DNA of 63,165 nt, filler included, from Diploschistes diacapsis (taxonomy: Eukaryota): assembly GCA_023645945.1 (NCBI GenBank). It is 16 parts of 16 records of this genome, joined end to end, with 100 filler letters (N's around TTAATTAATTAA, not from the genome) between each part and the next. Parts side by side here need not be neighbours in the genome. Positions count along the whole stretch, not along the records: positions 60,739 to 63,165 come from JALAIB010002217.1; 15 more parts are not named here. One strand, written 5' to 3'. Positions 60,739 through 63,165 of this stretch are shown in pieces. The notes under the pieces are model-generated. The model was not told the origin of the DNA. It did no database searches and saw nothing but the letters and a program-made list of their open reading frames with translations. A program made the translations under genes and the position numbers. Every line of letters begins with the position of its first letter. Within the stretch, counting starts at the first letter, position 1.

Positions 60739-61101
60739 TTTATAGCCTACGTTTAAAGAAAAGATTTTAAAGCTTTATCTAGAGCTTAAAACTATACGCG
60801 GAAATAAAGAAAAAAAAATAAAAATTTTAAAAATAATAATTCGAAACGTTTTTAAAGTGCTTTTAAAAAATAAGAAATAGGATTTATTTATTAAATTAAT
60901 ATATTTTATATCGAAGCGAATAAAGGCTTATATCGACGCGTAAGAATGGTAAATTAAATATTAATATAATCTACTATTTAAGAGTTTTAAAATGATTTAT
61001 TTTACGTATTTATTGAAGCTTTATTAAGTGCGCAATGGCTCAATAAAGTTGGTAGATAATATTTGTTTATTTGATACCTAACTACTTTTGGCACGTGACT
61101 G
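60739..61101 (-). mobile_element. Tc1/mariner-type element end, inverted
   Basis: Reverse complement of the 9877/62904 terminus; TA at 61102-61103. Confidence 0.85.
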
Positions 61102-61103
61102 TA

Positions 61104-62608
61104 CTTCTAGTATCCCTACATATCGTCCTTCCCGGGTGCTTTACCTTTCAACTTGCGGGAGGGTTTATTGCCTGGATTATTTTAGGGATAACCACGCTGC
61201 TCCCTATCCTCGTCACATTCTGGACCTTCTCTTTTCGATCCCTCCCCCCGAATTAATGAAAAGGTCAGACTGCCTGGAAGGCCAGTTGAGCATCACATCC
61301 ACTTTCACAGCGAGCACGATCGGATCAGATATAAGGGCAAAAACAAGATATCCATGGAGAGCTTCCATGAGATGTACTTTGATGGGCAGTTCGATTTCAG
61401 GGGCGATGCTCTGGAAATCTTAGAATACCGCCATGACTGGGCAGTCTTCAGCTTCATGGCAAGCTTGTTCCGTTTTTCCTGTTCCAGATGATTCCAGAGG
61501 TGATTCTGCACACTCGCTCTCAACGTTCGCAACGCTTTCGAACGCTTCTCTCTCAGATCTAATCAGCCTAGACGAGGAACAAGTCCGTGACCACTATGAT
61601 CGTGGTGACGGATTTTATGGCTGGTTCTTGGGTCCCAGGACGATCTATACTTCGGTCATTGGTTCCGACATCAACAAGGAGGAATCTTTGGAACAGATGC
61701 AAGACAACAAACTAGCTATTGTCTGTGGGAGCAGAACAGTCCTTGCTGGACATTGGCTGGGGCTGGGGAACGCTTGCCAAGTTTGCCAGTGTCGACTACG
61801 GTGCCCATGCCATGGGGGTCACCCTCGGTAGAAACCAGACGGCTTGGGGTTAACAATGCTCTTCGTAAGGCCGGCATTGACGAAAACCAGAGCAAGATTC
61901 TTTGCATGGATTATCACCATATTCCAGTGCCCAGTGGCGGATACAAGACGATCACGTGCCTTGAGATGGCGGAACATGTGGGAATTCGGCATTTCGCATC
62001 GTTTAGTTCTCAGGTCTATAGCCCGTTGGAAGATAATGGTGTATTCTTTCTCCAAATCGCCGGTATTCGAAGCCTTGGCAGTATGAGGACCTAGTCTGAG
62101 GCCTTTTCATGAACAAAGACATTTTCCCTGGCGCGGATGCGTCAATGCCGCTCGAGTTCGTTGTTGGAAACCTTGAGAAAGCCGTCTTTGAGATCAAACA
62201 AATTGATACCATATGCGTGCGTTATTCTGCCACTATATGGAGATGGTATCGCAATCGGATGGCCAACAAAGAGAAAGTGATTCACAAGTACGGCAATCGG
62301 TGGTTTAGGGTGAGCTCTTCCTTCCCTTCGTTCCAACATTTTGTGCCGCACGACGTCTGACTTTGTGCTCGTTACAGATTTGAGAGTACTTCCTCGCTTA
62401 TTCGACGATCATATCGCGTCAGGGATCTGCGACCTGTTACCAGTTAACCTTGGCTAAAAACCTCAACTCAACTCATCGCGTCGAGGGCATTGATACGCAA
62501 TTGGTTTTGCAGGGAGCTTTAGCGGCATCGCAGGTGAGGATGAGTACAAAGGGGATGCACGAAAGGACGGAAGGCCTAGGCGCAAGTGAAGGACGCTCTG
62601 CGAGCTGA
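61104..62608 (+). pseudogene. Sphingolipid C9-methyltransferase (CFA-synthase-like) pseudogene, 5'-truncated
   Basis: Motifs PGRPVEH, LEILEYRHDWA, DEEQVRDHYDRGD, LLDIGWGWG, ITCLEMAEHVG, IFPGADAS and SRQGSATCYQ. Several frameshifts, TGA at two Trp codons (62097, 62381), two introns retained. Confidence 0.9.
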
Positions 62609-62903
62609 TGTGTGATGAGGTTCGATGACTTCTTGTGCCAGAAAAGAAGGCAGTCGTCAAAAGTCACCACTACAGTATCAGCACTTGAGACAAGTGTATG
62701 AGGAGCTGCTCGTGACCTTTCCACTTGTTGGCTCATGCTGCAATTGACTTGCGCCCTTTTGTATGGCCGGGCAAAGGTTCGTGGATACAGAAAGTTTAAC
62801 AGATTCTAGTAGAAATCAATATAAAGTATCGCGACAACACCAAGCTTGCAACCCGCACAGCCTGCATCAGCCTGCTGGCCAAGACCAGGAAGAAATAGAC
62901 ATA

Positions 62904-63165
62904 CAGTCACGTGCCAAAAGTAGTTAGGTATCAAATAAACAAATACCACCTACCAACTTTATTGAGCCATTACGCACTTAATAAAGCTTTAATAAATACG
63001 CAAAATAAATCATTTTAAAGTTCTTAAATAATAGATTATATTAATATTTAATTTATTATTCTTACGCGTCGATATAAGTCTTTATTCGCTTCGGTATAAA
63101 ATATATTAATTTAATAAATAAATTTTATTTTTTATTTTTTAGAAACATCTTAAAAACGTTTCGAA
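62904..63165 (+). mobile_element. Tc1/mariner-type element end
   Basis: TA|CAGTCACGTGCCAAAAGTAGTTAGGTATC, homologous to 9877-10104. Confidence 0.85.

Overview
This window is not one locus. It is 16 unlinked contigs of a filamentous ascomycete (Pezizomycotina-type introns, heavy RIP), joined by 15 artificial 100-bp spacers (N44-TTAATTAATTAA-N44). Fifteen contigs are about 2.43-2.45 kb and one is 25 kb (20380-45456). The long contig carries a housekeeping block: partial PRO3, CTK3, mitochondrial L12 (GC-AG intron), an ATX2-like ZIP transporter, midasin MDN1 and an orphan gene of about 900 aa. The short contigs carry RAMP4/SERP1, a Whi5/Nrm1-family gene, a DUF6601-like gene, partial SLX4, SmD3 and an MSC7-like aldehyde dehydrogenase. 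They also carry two pseudogenes (a CE5 cutinase/acetylxylan esterase and a sphingolipid C9-methyltransferase) and many RIP-degraded transposons: copia, gypsy, several LTR families, pogo/Fot1 and Tc1-like elements, MITEs, a foldback element and probable Helitron ends. I found no convincing new multi-gene system. The most interesting signals are a pseudogene bracketed by inverted copies of one transposon end, a CpG-sparing RIP spectrum, tandem Helitron-type 3' ends, nested TE stacks and a candidate Cys-rich secreted peptide gene. All product calls come from motif recognition, not database searches.
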